A program made the position numbers and the translations under genes. Of a DNA stretch of 64,000 bases, positions 17,563-32,133 are shown piece by piece; positions within the stretch are counted from its first letter, which is position 1, and the number at the start of each line of letters is the position of its first letter. The notes below the pieces were generated by a model. The model ran no database searches and had not been told where the DNA came from. It worked only from the letters and a program-made list of their open reading frames with translations. Source of the stretch: Paraspadella gotoi (lineage: Eukaryota > Animalia > Chaetognatha); contig CM119265.1 of assembly GCA_051294375.1 (NCBI GenBank), positions 2,022,311 through 2,086,310 of the forward strand, in the 5' to 3' direction.

Positions 17563-18861
17563 ATGGACCAGAACGTATTTTACGGACACCATAGATTCTC
17601 TCGACCTCAATGCCACGGCTCCATCGCCGACCGGAAAGGTCCAGCCAACCAATCGGATTTCGGGTCGAAAAAATCTCAACCAATCAAAAACCTCGTCGAC
17701 GCCGTCGAGAGCCAATCATGGACGACGGCTTCGCTTTTGGCCGAAAGCCAAGATCGAAACTCTTTCGTTTGGGGCGGCGGCGGAGGCGGCGGAGGCGGCA
17801 GCAGCAGCGGCGTCGCCTCGAGAAAGAAGATCGGGGAGAAGGGAGAGGCGGGCGGTTCGGTTGCCAAGTTGATGGGAAGAATCACGAATCGAAATATTTT
17901 GAAGCAAAAGGCTAAGAGTAGGGGGAGGGAGTCGGGTGGAGACAAGCAGACCGATCTATCTATCGAACATCAACCAAAACCCACAGAGACTGACGCAGTG
18001 TCGGACGATCTCGGGTCTGCCGACGCGAGGCCTCTCCATGACCTCGGTCTCGGACCCACGCATCCGCTCACTCTCGAAAGACTTCATCGCCCGCCGCTGG
18101 AGTGCGGCTCCCCAGCAGCGCCCAAGACGCCGAACAGTCGGACGCGGCGCTGGACGGAAGTCGAAGTGCTCGTCCACCTCATCGACGGTTTCGAGATCGA
18201 AGAGTCGGGCGATCCCTTTCCGGTAGAGAAGCCGGAACTGGAGGCGGAACCGGAAGTGGAGCCGGATGTGATGACGGAGCAGGAATCGTCAATCGCCAAA
18301 ACGGAACCGAGTTTGGAGGAAAATATCGTGACGACGACGACGACGACCAACGAATCTGATCCCGTTTCGATAAAAGAAGAAATCATTGAGGAGTCCTTTC
18401 CTTCTGAGACGCCGACATGTGGCGCGCGGGAGACTACGATTTCCAATCCGCCGCTGGGAATAACCTCGACGGAGGTCTCTGGGGTGGAGGAAGACCACAA
18501 CGACGACGACTCCATCTCTATAGGCTCCAAAGAAGGTCTCGACTCTTCCTCCTCCCCGCCCTCCCATTCGCCCGTCAGTTTCCCGCTGAGGGACGTTAGC
18601 TCGACGGATTCTCTGCCCGACGAGAAGCCGCTCATCGTCTCCTTGCCCGACGGAGCGGACATGGCCGCCTGGACGGAGCGAGACGTCTACGACTTTGTCC
18701 GCGGGATCGAGGGATGCTCTCAATACGCGGAAGAGTTCGTGGCGCAGGAGATCGACGGCCAGGCGTTGGTTTTGCTCAACGAGGAACACCTCATGACGAA
18801 TCTCAACGTCAAACTCGGTCCGGCGCTCAAGATTCTCGCCAAGATTAAAGAGAAAACGTGA
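17563..18861 (+). CDS. Polyhomeotic-like protein (HD1 motif plus C-terminal SAM); start codon uncertain
   Basis: HD1-like VLVHLIDGFEIEESGDPFPV; Ph-type SAM W..DVYDFV...GC..YAEEFVAQEIDGQALVLL.EEHLM...KLGPALKI. Confidence 0.85.
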   Translation: MDQNVFYGHHRFSRPQCHGSIADRKGPANQSDFGSKKSQPIKNLVDAVESQSWTTASLLAESQDRNSFVWGGGGGGGGGSSSGVASRKKIGEKGEAGGSVAKLMGRITNRNILKQKAKSRGRESGGDKQTDLSIEHQPKPTETDAVSDDLGSADARPLHDLGLGPTHPLTLERLHRPPLECGSPAAPKTPNSRTRRWTEVEVLVHLIDGFEIEESGDPFPVEKPELEAEPEVEPDVMTEQESSIAKTEPSLEENIVTTTTTTNESDPVSIKEEIIEESFPSETPTCGARETTISNPPLGITSTEVSGVEEDHNDDDSISIGSKEGLDSSSSPPSHSPVSFPLRDVSSTDSLPDEKPLIVSLPDGADMAAWTERDVYDFVRGIEGCSQYAEEFVAQEIDGQALVLLNEEHLMTNLNVKLGPALKILAKIKEKT

Positions 18862-19397
18862 AAAAGAGAGAAGATTTTCTTTCTTTTTTTTCTTGTTCCA
18901 GGATTTGGTCTCGAATATTTTTTTTTTCTCTCTCTCGTTGTTTGTTCGCAATTGGAACCAGGGTCTTTCAAATCCAAACCGAATGTTTTTTTTTTGTCTT
19001 AATTTTTTTGTGTCATTCGTTAAAAAACAAGCGCCATAACCATTTTTTCGCAATGACATTTCAATTTCTAGGAGTCGCTGTTTTAACTTTTGGTAAAAAA
19101 AAAAAAAGTAAAAAAAAACAAACAGAATTGTTGACTTGTTTTGAGTTGGAGGATGGATTTATTTTTGATGGATAAGACGCTGGTTAAAGTTCCCGTCTCG
19201 CCCGCGGTCATGACGATAAGAGACGGGGCCAACTGGCGTCGACTCGCGTCATTCCTGTCGACTCCTCGACCAGATACGCGTCTGGATCAGAAAGGCTTGG
19301 CTCGATAACCAATGATGATCATCTCCTGTTTGTTACCAAAATCTAAAATATCAATCCGTTTTTCAGAAAAAATTAATAAGATAAAATAACCAAAAAA

Positions 19398-21109
<1,712 letters not shown>

Positions 21110-21350
21110 AGTCGAAAAATTGAGAGGGGGGGCGGGGGGGGGACATCGATTATCATTTTTGGAAATTTTGCAATTTTTTTAGTTAAATGAAATAAAACAA
21201 TATGCATTTAAAATTTAAATGTTTGGAAAGTGAAAATTTTGTTGTGTCATTATTTGTTTATGTTTATCATCGTTCAATAAACACGAATCTCTCATGCATC
21301 TTAAGAGCGCAGTATTTGTTAAAACAAAATGGATGAAACCAATTATAAAT

Positions 21351-21496
21351 GGATCAGAAGAGTTAATTGATAAATTAAAAGGATTAGAAGAGTTAATTGA
21401 TAAATTAAAAAGGTCAGAAGAGTTAATTGATAAATTAAAAGGATCAGAAGAGTTAATTGATAAATTAAAAGGATCAGAAGAATTAATTGATAAATT
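21351..21496. repeat. 30-bp minisatellite (GGATCAGAAGAGTTAATTGATAAATTAAAA) x ~5
   Basis: Direct tandem copies are visible. Confidence 0.9.
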
Positions 21497-21988
21497 ACAT
21501 AAACCTCAAGATATCTAGTAGCTGCATACGTCCTAAGTGCAATTTATTATTATTATTTATATATATTTTTTTAGAATATAACAGCAACACTAATTTAAGA
21601 ATGTGAGAAAAATCATAGTTTAGTGAACTTTTGATAGTATAGCACAGAGAAGACTTAAATACCAAACCCGATGTTGGAGGGAGAATGTAGTCGATATTGT
21701 CTGCGACACCGAGACCCGGATTTTTTCGCAATCATGTCTCACGCGGAAATCAATTCCACCATTTCAATTTCTAATTCCTTCAACGGCATAATTTAACTTT
21801 CGCCGACTGGGGTTAGGGGGATTTTAGGATCAAAGGAAATTTAGGGCCAGTATTCTATTGTTATTTAAAAGAATTGACAAAATCCCAGTCGGCGAATGTA
21901 AAAATTTTCCTTCAACTTTATTCCGGCGAATAAAATTCTCTTTTTTTTTTTACTTCCAAGAGCAGAAGACCTAAATTAATAATCTTCG

Positions 21989-23089
21989 ATGGAAGTCGAC
22001 GCGACGGAAGTTTCCCACGAAGCGAGCAACGGCGCCGACGGAAAAGAATCCGTCGTGGCGCCGGCGGGATCCGTCAACGCCCAAGTGAGTCACCTTCTCG
22101 CCTCAATTTGTTTAAACATCTTTGGAAAAAAGAAACCGAATAACATCGGCAAAAATAAAAGGGAAGCGTGTCCGTGGCCATCCATCCGCTCGTCCTCTTG
22201 AACATCTCGGAACACTGGACGCGTCAACAAGCTCAAGAGGGTCAACCAACGCAGGTGGTGGGGGCGTTGCTAGGGAAACAAAATGGACGAAACGTGGAAA
22301 TCTTCAACACTTTCGAGCTCAAGATGACATTTTTCAACATCGATCGAACTTTCTTCGCCACAAGGCAGGATCAGTTTAAACAGGCACGGTTTTTTAGGGT
22401 AAGGTTGTTCCGAGAGAGTCGCTATACCATCAATGTTAATAATTGGGACGTTATGCTGTCAAAGAGGATCAGTTATCATACTTCGTCGTTGAATAGTTTT
22501 CGTTAAATGAAAAAACTGTAGTTTGTGGCGACAAGAACAACGACTTCCGCCCTTACCCACATCATGACCGACCCCATAAAACCTCTCAGCATTAAAATCC
22601 CCATCGCCTTTCCTTTCCCTTTAGGTCTTTCAAGACCTGGAATTGCTCGGTTGGTATTCGACGGGCGGCACCCCCGACCCGCTCGACATCTCCGTCCACA
22701 AGCAAATCTCGGACTTTCACGAGAGTCCCCTCTTTCTCAAACTCAACCCCGCCTCCAGACAAGACGATCTTCCCGTTTCGGTCTTCGAATCCCTCATCGA
22801 CATCGTCGCCGGGAAGGTGGGTCAAGGGGAGAACTCGCTGAGGAGAAGATAATGCGACTTCGTTGATTGGGAAGCCGGGTGCTTTTTGGAGTCGATAAAC
22901 TAAGCCGTGAGAGAGTCTTAATTGAAAGCTTGCAAGGGGTCCTCTTTGCACTCTCTTGTGTCTTGTGAGGGGGTTCGAGGTCTTAAAACAGCAGGGGTAA
23001 TTTATTGGTTGAATCAATTTGAGAAATAGAAAAGGAGCACGAAAAAAAAAGGGGAAGGAACTAAGAAAAATTTAGGGAAAAATATATTT

Positions 23090-23136
<47 letters not shown>

Positions 23137-23703
23137 AGGCGACGATGTTCTTCGTGGAGATCCCCTTCACCCTGGCGACGGAAACCTCCGAGCGAATCGG
23201 CGTCGATCACGTGACTCGACTCTCCAGCTTCCCTTCGAGTTCGACAGAGGGCGCGTCGGAGTCGGAGAACGCCGGTCCCTCGCTCCTCGCCGATCACCTC
23301 GCCTCTCAATTCAGCGCCATCAAGATGTTGCACACTCGCGTCAAACTCATCATGGACTACGTCAAGGCCGTCGACGATGGTTTATAAAAGGATTTTATTA
23401 GTATTAGTATGATTTTTGCTTAATTATAGTTTTAAAAATATTCTCGACTATTTGGTAGGCGTCCTCTCCGCCAACCACGAGATCCTTCGGGAGATCAAGA
23501 GTCTCGTCAACCGACTCCCGCTGATGGAGGATCTCCAGTTCCAAAGTGACTTGGCCAATCAACGCAACGACGTCGTCCTCATGACCTACTTGGGTTCCGT
23601 GACTCAAGGCTGCAACCTCCTCAATCAGTTCGTCGAGAAGGTCAACTACCTCTACGATCGTCCCGCTATGAGACGCAAGATGAGGGGCATTGTATTCCTT
23701 TGA
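21989..23703 (+). CDS. COPS6: COP9 signalosome subunit 6; exons 21989-22084, 22162-22383, 22625-22816, 23139-23379, 23459-23703
   Basis: [71 protein letters not shown]. Confidence 0.95.
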
Positions 23704-24147
23704 AGAGAAGAATAAAACATTGTCGCGAATGCTTAGTTTTAATTATACACTTGAAGTAATTTAAATATTTTGTTTGAAATCCGATTGTATTGTTTTTGAG
23801 GAAACTGAATTCTCCGATTGTTTCGCTTTTTTTGCTTGATGAATCATAAAGAAATCTCGAGCTTCTCTCCTTCGATCTCTCGCTCTCCTTCACCCACTCT
23901 CTGTTGGAACGACGTCTGTTTTTGTTCGAGTCTATTGACTACTCTCAACGATTTACACATTTTATTATCTATTTTTGAGTACAAACTTCGCATCGTGCAT
24001 TATTTTTTATATTCCTTTTTTTCAGATTTATAAACAAACAACGAATTGTCTCGACATTTTTTACTGATAACTTGAACCTTTTTTTTCCCCCCCGTCTACT
24101 TTGGGAGCGTAAAAGTTATCCGCCATCGCCGCCCGCCAGTCGCCGCC

Positions 24148-25316
24148 ATGGGCCGATATCCGTACGGGCTGGCGGACAAGCACCGCGCCTTTCTTCGTCA
24201 AATGCGCGCTCCGCCCGGAAGCGACCTCACTCAGCTTCAGTTGCCGTTGATGTTGAAAGACCGCGTGAAAATGAAGGGAGCTGGAGCAGCGGAAGTCGGC
24301 GCTTGTCTCACAGAACTCAACCTCATGTTTCAAGTGAGTTCCAAATTGAGGATCCGGTCGATGTCCTTTTTTTTATCGTCGCGTAAATTTAATAATAAAA
24401 TAATTTAAAAAAAAAACAGAACAAAAGCACAAGCAGCATTTAAAAAAAAAAAAATTAAAAAAGTTGTCGCCGCGATTTAATTTTAAACACTGGTTAGTCA
24501 TTATTTTTATCTTTTAAACTTCATCTTTTCCTCTTCTTTTTCTCTTCTTTTCCCTCCAATTCTCCTTTGGTCTCTCTTTTCTTTATCTTTCCTCTTTGTC
24601 TCCTCCTCCTCCCTTTTCTTCCTCCTCTTCCTCCTCCCTTTCTATCTTTTCCTCCTCCTCCTCTTCTCTCTTTTCCTCCTCCCTTTTCCTCCTCCTCCCC
24701 CCTCTCTTTTTTCCTCCCTCCAGTGTTGGTCGCTGAATGACTACGACGAGAAGAAATGCGCCTCCGAGTCCAAAGCCTTTTTCGATTGTTACGAGAAAAG
24801 CGAGAAGGTGAGAGATTGTCCTAGTTGTTGTCGTTTTCGTCGTTGTTGTTGTTTGCCATAGCGTTTGATTTGCGTCAAGTTCACCCCGACTATAAGCATG
24901 ACACCTTCAGTAGCGACCCGGTGGCTCATTTAGTAATGCCATCAGCTCAACGTACCGGGATCGATCCTTAAAGATAACTTCCCTTTGAAAAGCGTTAGGA
25001 CGTCCGTAAGCCGGCATCGGGTCATGGAAATCCCCCGAAGCCTCGTTTCAAGTCCAGGACCTCCAGTCCTCCATTGTTGGCAAAGAAGTTGGCCCTATAA
25101 GCGCCTTATCCTCAGATTCACCTCTTCCCCCCCCCCCCATTTCCTTTCCCCCAGGAACGCTTCCGACAAAAGGAAGAGGCGAGTCGCGGCATAATCTCCG
25201 CCGCTGAACATGTCGGGACTCGACAAAAACTTTCCTCTAAACAAATCAACGAACTTTTGAAGAGAAATCCTCATCCTCTTCCGAAGGCGAAGGCCGGAGT
25301 CAAATTTCGGAGATGA
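24148..25316 (+). CDS. CHCHD1: CHCH-domain mitoribosomal protein mS37; exons 24148-24333, 24724-24807, 25155-25316
   Basis: PLMLKDRV, twin CX9C (CLTELNLMFQC...CASESKAFFDC) and KLSSKQINELLKRNP. Confidence 0.85.
24878..25110 (+). mobile_element. Diverged copy of the tRNA-containing LTR family (family A)
   Basis: GTTCACCCCG.CTATAAGCATGAC...CCCGGTGGCTCATT...GCGCCTTATCC is shared with 29551-29836 and 61661-62342. Confidence 0.75.
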
Positions 25317-25678
25317 GGGAACTAGTTTCATTTTTGGCTTTTCCTTTTTTATGATGGTTGCCGATCTTGTCAGAATTTGTGCTCTTTCATTATCTCTCTC
25401 TCCCTCTCCCCATCTTTTCTCATTCTCTCCTCTCTTCCCCAGGACAGTATTTTTTCTCCTCCTCTCTCAAACCGCCTCGATCTTTCGCAGATAAAAAAAA
25501 AACAAAGAGCCACTGTTTGCATCCGTTGCTTGCTGTCGCCGAGACTCTCGTGAGAAACAGAAGAGAAAAGGAAAAGAAAACTGAGGGGAAAACCGTAATC
25601 GAACAAAAAAGTCTTTTGCCGATCGAGTCGCGCCCTTCGCTTAATTTTTATTACAAAATATTTTCCACCACAGACAAA

Positions 25679-26280
25679 ATGTCCATCGTAAGAACCATCG
25701 GTGAGCAGGTTGTTTTGTTTGTAGTTGTTGGTTTTGTTTTGATTCATTCTTTTCATTTTCCTCGCCATTCTCTCTCTCTCTCTGTTTCATTTTCCGGTTT
25801 CCAGTCCGCACCAAGCTGGCTCCTGCGGCCATCGGCCCCTACAACCAGGCCATCATCGTGGGTGACACGATGTACATCTCTGGCCAATTGGGCCTCAAAG
25901 CCGAAACCATGGAGTTCGCTGGTCCGGACGTCGAGTCTCAGGCCAAACAGGCCCTCGAGAATATGGGGCACATTTTAAAAGGTTGCGGGGTTTAAAATTT
26001 ATGAATTCCATAATCCATGATATTTATCTCTCCCTCCCGATGACTTTCCCCAGCCGCTGGTCTCTCTTTCAACCACGTTGTCAAGGCGACGGTGCTGCTT
26101 AAAGACATCAACGATTTCGCCAAAGTCAACGAAGTCTACAAGTGTTTTTTCGGGTGCAGCTTCCCGGCCAGAGCAGCTTATCAGGTGGCGGAATTGCCCA
26201 AGGGCGGGCTGGTGGAGATCGAGGCCGTGGCCGTCCGCGCCTCCAAACTCATCGACGAGGTCGTCGGGGACTGCGATTGA
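25679..26280 (+). CDS. RIDA: RidA/HRSP12 2-iminobutanoate/2-iminopropanoate deaminase; exons 25679-25700, 25805-25981, 26054-26280
   Basis: [60 protein letters not shown]. Confidence 0.95.
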
Positions 26281-26650
26281 AGCCTTGTTTGGGCTGATTT
26301 CATTGAGTATCACCGGTGGATGATGACGATGGGCGCTGCCCTTTGTGGCGGCGCTGTATAGGAACTCCCACTTTTCTGCTCGTAGCGTCTCGGCGGCACG
26401 GATGAATCTTGTGATATTATTTGATTAACTAATAAGTATCGAATTTAACTGTGAAAGAAACTTGTCTGTGAAAATCGATTTTTACTAATACTAGTCGGTA
26501 GTCGCTCAATTTTTAATTTTTAATTGTTGAAGCTTTAATTCCGAGAAATGATTGGTCCAGTATTACATCGTTACTCTTATTGATATTTTATTCAAGATAT
26601 AAGATTTCATCGTTGCTTGGTTAAAAAAAAACAAACTTCGTTCACCGACA

Positions 26651-27427
26651 ATGTCACTTTTCCGTCACATTCGATGTAATACGTCTCTTTTTTTCGTTCC
26701 GGCGCCGTCCATCCCCCCCGCCGGCGCCCGTTGGTTCCACCCAACGACGCCGGCGTCCAAGGGCGCCGTCCAAGCGACCTTCGACCAGCGCAACCGACGC
26801 ATCGAACTCGACGCCGACGAGATCGAATTCGTTGGCCGGAAATTGCGTGGATTCCAACGCGCTGCGACCGGAGTTGAAGACCCGTTGCCCTCCACCATCG
26901 AACCCTCCCCTCTCCACCTCGTCACCATGACGCGTTCCTTCGGCCGCAACCCCTGGTGGCTGAAGAAGATCCTCTGGGAATTCGGGCTCTTCGCCAGTCC
27001 GCGCCGCAAGTTCCCCTTCCACAACAAGGCCGTCGTCCCCAACACCCCGGAGAACAACGAGAAGTTGGCCAAGATCAAGCACGTGGTCAGGATCGATCGG
27101 GTCACCTTTCCCTTCGGATATCCCGAGACGGAAGAGGATCTTCGCCACGCGAGGATCTCCGATTACGGCGAAGTCACCTTCGTCAAGACCATCGAGGCCG
27201 AGGATGTCGCCGCCGCGGAGACGCCGCTGCCGCGGGGAACGCCGCGGACGACGCCGCCGGAAGAGATGGACGAAGAGACGATCAAGATCGATTGCAGGAG
27301 GAAGTTGGTCAATCACGAGTTTTTGACCGAGTATCATCCAGAGTACGAGAATAGAGAATTCGGACAACAGCATTTTAAGGGGCTTAAAGTTTATTGGGAC
27401 GAGAACAAACCGCCCGTCGTTTATTGA
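26651..27427 (+). CDS. MRPL30: Mitochondrial ribosomal protein L30 (uL30m), intronless
   Basis: PSPLHLVTMTRS...PWWLKKIL..FGL...NTPENNEKLAKIKHVVRI..VTFP.GYP. Confidence 0.8.
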   Translation: MSLFRHIRCNTSLFFVPAPSIPPAGARWFHPTTPASKGAVQATFDQRNRRIELDADEIEFVGRKLRGFQRAATGVEDPLPSTIEPSPLHLVTMTRSFGRNPWWLKKILWEFGLFASPRRKFPFHNKAVVPNTPENNEKLAKIKHVVRIDRVTFPFGYPETEEDLRHARISDYGEVTFVKTIEAEDVAAAETPLPRGTPRTTPPEEMDEETIKIDCRRKLVNHEFLTEYHPEYENREFGQQHFKGLKVYWDENKPPVVY

Positions 27428-27821
27428 TATCTTTTTTTGTTTTTTTGTTTTTTGAGCGAATGTAGCCTACATTGTAGGATTCATTGTTGTTTTATTGTTT
27501 GCAGAGAGAAAAACTTTGATGCTTTCCTCGGATTTTACTTAGATAAAATATAGAATAAAAAATGTGAACTTTTGAGCTGGATTCAAAAAACGTCTTATTA
27601 GTAAAACTCCATTAACTAAAAACCATTCAAACCTCAAAACTGAAAAAAATAACGATATTAGCCAAATATTCATCCGTCTCTCACTTTTGCCTTTGTGCAA
27701 TAAATTAAACAACAAATTAAATCGACACCCGTCCTCAACACTTTTGACGTTTTCCTGATCATCCCATCCTCGACTTGACCCCCCTAATCTTCTCCCTTCT
27801 CTCTCCCCCAAATGCCTCCCG

Positions 27822-30473
27822 ATGCTTTTCAAAACTCGAGTCTTCCGATTCGCCAAACGCGCGTCCTTGGGACTCGTCGTCCTCATCTCTGCTCCTTTGG
27901 CCTACGAACTCTACGAAAATGACTTGGACTTCGAGCACTTGGCCGTGGCGCGGATCGGTCGCGCCGGCGTCGCCGTCGTCGAAATCGCCGCCGATTACAA
28001 GCGGAACATCGCCGCCAACCGCCATCTGGCGTCGGACTCGGTCGAGTGGCGCGACATCAAGTCGGAGATCCACCTTCGATCCGCTCGTCGACTCCTCGAT
28101 CTGTGTCGCGCCAACGGAGGAGCTTACATCAAAGTGGGACAACACGTGGGGAGTCTCGAGTATCTCTTGCCCTGGGAATACGTCAAGACTTTTAAGGTGA
28201 CGAAGGTGTAACCGTAACAAAGGAATGTTAATGTTTAATAACAAAACGATTTAATGAATAATATTATAAATAGATTTTATTAAAGTCATATTGGCTAAAT
28301 TTGTACTTAATTACATAAATACAAAATGAAGCCTATAAAATTTCGGCCTGATTTCTATTCGTATTTACGTCCCATAAACCCTAAAAATTTCTATAAATTC
28401 GCAGTTATAAACTAATTTCTAACCCGTCTCAAAAATCGATTTCACCCCTAATCTTCACGACCCTCCACTGACTCCAGGTCCTCCACAGCGACGCACCCCG
28501 CACTCCACTCCCCGACCTCCTCCAAGTCGTTCGTCAAGAACTCGGCCGCGATCCCGACCAACTCTTCCGCTCCTTCGACCCCGACCCCCTCGGCACGGCC
28601 TCTCTGGCCCAAGTCCACAAGGCTGAACTCTTCGACGGTCGCGTCGTCGCCGTCAAGATACAACATCCTCGAGTCAAACAACGCGCCGCCGTCGATGTCA
28701 GGACTATGGAGTTTCTGCTCAACTGCGTCGCTTTTTTGTTTCCGAAATTTGAGCTGCTCTGGCTCGCCGAGGAGACAAAGAAGAATTTGCCCAAGGTTTG
28801 TGGAATATTACTTTTGTTCTTTGAAATATATATATATAAATTATCTATTCATTTAATAAATAAGTTTTTTTTTACCGTGTACCTCGGATGGGCTATGGCG
28901 CCATTCTTCCTAAAAGATAAGAACGTAGGACTCTAGCACAGTCTAGTTTATTAACTCCCATTATTAATGGTATATTTTTAATATGCGTATTATTACTGAA
29001 ATATATTAAAATAACAATTCCTCCCCAACCTCTAAAGGAACTGGATTTTCTCCACGAGGGACGCAACACTGAAAAGATGGCGAAGATGTTGAGCGACGTC
29101 AGCTTCTTGAAGATCCCGCGCATCCACTGGGATCTCTCCACGGATCGAGTGCTGACTATGGAATATTGCGAGGGCGGCCAAGTCGACGATCTCGAATACG
29201 TCAAGACTCATCGCATACCCGTGCACGAGGTCTGTCCGAAGAGGGGGAATTGTCTTTCTTAATCTCAATTGCATTTTATAGTAGGTTTATTTTCTCGATA
29301 GGTGACGCGCAAGCTCGGCGAGGTCTTTTCCCGCATGATATTCCGCCACGGGTTTGTCCATTGCGATCCACATCCGGGGAACGTGCTCGTCTCTCGGGAG
29401 AACGACGAAGTCAAGATTGTGTTGCTCGATCACGGACTTTATCAAGTCAGTCAATGTTCTTTTATTTCTTTTATTCTTTTTTTTTCTTTTTTTCTTTTAC
29501 TGACATTGTCAGTTATAGCTAGTTGTCTGAAAATTATTTTAGACCATTTATGTAGTCGGGCATTGCCTAGGTTCACCCCGCCTAGAATCATGACACTTTC
29601 AGTTGTGACCCGGTGGCTCATGGAGTAAAGCCATCAGCTCATGACCACTAGGTACCGGGTTCAATCCCAACCCGGTACCTACCCTGCGGGAAGCGTGAGG
29701 ACGGCCGTAAGCCGCCTTGGGGGCATGGCAAACCCTCAAGCCTGGTTCTAAGCCCAGGGACCCGTTCCATGGCTGCTAGAGGGGGTTATAGAAGTTACGG
29801 ACAGTCATCTTCAGCCCACGTAGCGCCTTATCCACATTTATTTGGTTAATTAAAAATTATATGTTTCCTTGCTTTCTCCAAATTTGCCCATTTTCTTTTT
29901 TCTCTTTTCTCTCACCCTTCCACATCGGACATCCCTTGCTTCTCTCATCCCCTCCACCCCAAGACCCTCACGGACGACTTCCGCTCCGACTACGCCAAAC
30001 TCTGGCTGGCCATCATCGCCGGCGACGTGGCCCGCATCGAAGCCCAAGCCGCGCGCCTCGAAGCCCGCGAGATGACCATCCTCTTGGCCTGCATAGTGGC
30101 CGGGCGATCGTGGGCTTCGATCCGATCCGGAGTGGCCGACACGCCCAAGACGAAGTCGGAGATGGAGGAGATGCGAGGTCGAGCGGGGAATCTCGTCGTC
30201 GACATCACTCGACTCCTCAATCGAATTCCTCGTCAACTTCTTCTTCTCTTCAAGACGAACGAACTTCTACGCGGGATCGAGGGGTCCCTCTCCTCGCCTC
30301 CTTCCTCTTCCTCCTTTCTCACCATGTCCAGATTCTGTCTCAAGGCTGTGGAGGAGGAAGAAGGGAAGAGGGAGACGGGGTGGAAGGGATGGGCGTGGCG
30401 GACCGCCTCCACCAGATGGCGTTTGACCAAGATTTCCCTTTACGAGTGGATTCTGTGGTTGAGGGGGCGTTGA
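27822..30473 (+). CDS. ADCK1: AarF-domain kinase ADCK1; exons 27822-28196, 28478-28795, 29038-29229, 29302-29445, 29964-30473
   Basis: NGGAYIKVGQH, ASLAQVHKA, AVKIQHP, ELDFLHEGRN, VLTMEY, FVHCDPHPGN, LLDHGLY, KTNELLRGIE. Confidence 0.92.
29551..29836 (+). mobile_element. Solo LTR of family A in an ADCK1 intron
   Basis: TG...CA ends, TTTA 4-bp TSD on both sides, near-identical to the LTRs at 61661 and 62059. Confidence 0.9.
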
Positions 30474-30970
30474 CGGAGGTGGTGGTTTGTGGACTCTCGA
30501 CGAAAAAACTAGCGGTGGTGTTCATTTTTTATTCGGAAAAAGGGATTTCATTCTATTCGTGTTGGGGACGTTTGCCTTTTTTTTATTGTGTGAATATACC
30601 GCCACACAACGACCTTTTTCTGACCGCCTCTAGATTTCGCCGCTCATTGTTGTTTTTCTTTGTTACGGTCGCCTTAATTGTTAAGTTTTTTTAACGTAAT
30701 TATTATTTGGAATTTTTATTTATTTGTAAACCAGAGAATATTTTTTTGGGGGAAAAAAATGACCGGTTGATCGGGAACCGCATTGACTCGAATTATCGTT
30801 CTATAAATAGAACAGAAAGAGTTGGAGGAAGAGGAGAAGGATGAAAAAACATTCCATGAACCGAACGATTGAAATATTGTATAAAACCGAAACCAACGAC
30901 GGAAAATACTTGTGAAACAAAAACAAAACGCTAAACACAAAACCAAAAAAACGTCACACCCCATTCCACG

Positions 30971-32133
30971 ATGAGTCGCATTTACACGGACAAGCCCCTG
31001 ACGTCGCTGCCCAGTCAGAACGTGACCTGGCCGGGCGACTGGACGGAGACGGACTTGCCCGGCGGAGCGTTGGACCGGTTGGGCCCGCGGGGTCCGGGCC
31101 TCATCCTCGAAGGTGTCGTCACCAAAAGGTTTCGTCGAATCGTGGAGGACGCGAGTGGAGGGAAGTTCAAGTACCTCGTCCTCAGGGTCAAGCATCAGGT
31201 GAGGGAATAAAGGACTCAAGCGGTCAGGATGTGTTGGACATGACAGCATTGATTACGGTGCTGCCTGTTTTTTCGCAAATCTCTCCCTTCTCCCTTGGGC
31301 CACCAGGCTGCTTTCCAGCGAAACTACGATCCCGACTCTGGTCGCGAGTTGGAGCCCAACTTTGGTCGCACGCAGATGATCTCGACGGGCTATTTGACCT
31401 CCTCCTACACGAAGAAGACCAAGGGCGTCTCCCAGTGGATGTCGGAGGCGGATGTGAAGGGCGCCACCTCGAAGGTGGACGTGACGACGGTGGAGATGGT
31501 TAGGAAATGGAGAGCTGTTGCTCTTTAATTTGTGAATGATTATTGCTCAGTCTTCGCTCGACCGAAGGATTCTGTTTGATCTTTTGACTTTTTTATTTGA
31601 TTTGGTTTGGTTTTTATTTTTTTGCTGTTTTGTTTCATCGTTTTGTTTTTGTTTTTCATTTTATTTCTTTTATCGAGAGATTTTCTAAAGTTGATTAACT
31701 CATTCTGGTTTCGACTTTCAGACACTCATCAGCGTCGACGACGGCAGCGTTTCCTTTTTCCTTCGGGAAGATGACGTGGCCGACATGGAGATCCGTGATG
31801 GCGCTTTAGTCAGACTCAGAACAAAAGGTCAGAAAAGAAAAAAAAGGAAACAAAAGGCTAAAGAGAATCAACTTATCGATCCCCCCCCCCTGTCCAATTC
31901 CAGGCGACTCTCCCTTCGTGGAATCGATCGCCGTCCTCGACTCCCTCGGCGAAACCAAAATGAATTTCGCCGGCGACAGAGAAATCGCCGACAGTTGGAG
32001 CGAGAGAATCGCCGAGGCCAAAGGAGCGTCGGCGGCGACGTCGGCGGAAGGAGAAGTGGGCGTGGCCGCCGAAAGTCGAACCTCCTTGCGCGACGCGGGA
32101 GAAGGATGCGACGACGACGAGTGGGACGATTGA
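30971..32133 (+). CDS. ARPIN: Arpin (Arp2/3 inhibitor); exons 30971-31198, 31307-31498, 31722-31827, 31904-32133
   Basis: MSRIY, GLILEG, ELEPNF..T..ISTGYLTSSY, VRLRTKGDSPFVES, NFAG...SWSERI and an acidic tail GEGCDDDEWDD. Confidence 0.93.

Noticed and set aside
21351-21496. CRISPR-like array or repeat protein (GSEELIDKLK ORF)
   Set aside because: Contiguous 30-bp units without unique spacers, in eukaryotic intergenic DNA; a plain minisatellite.
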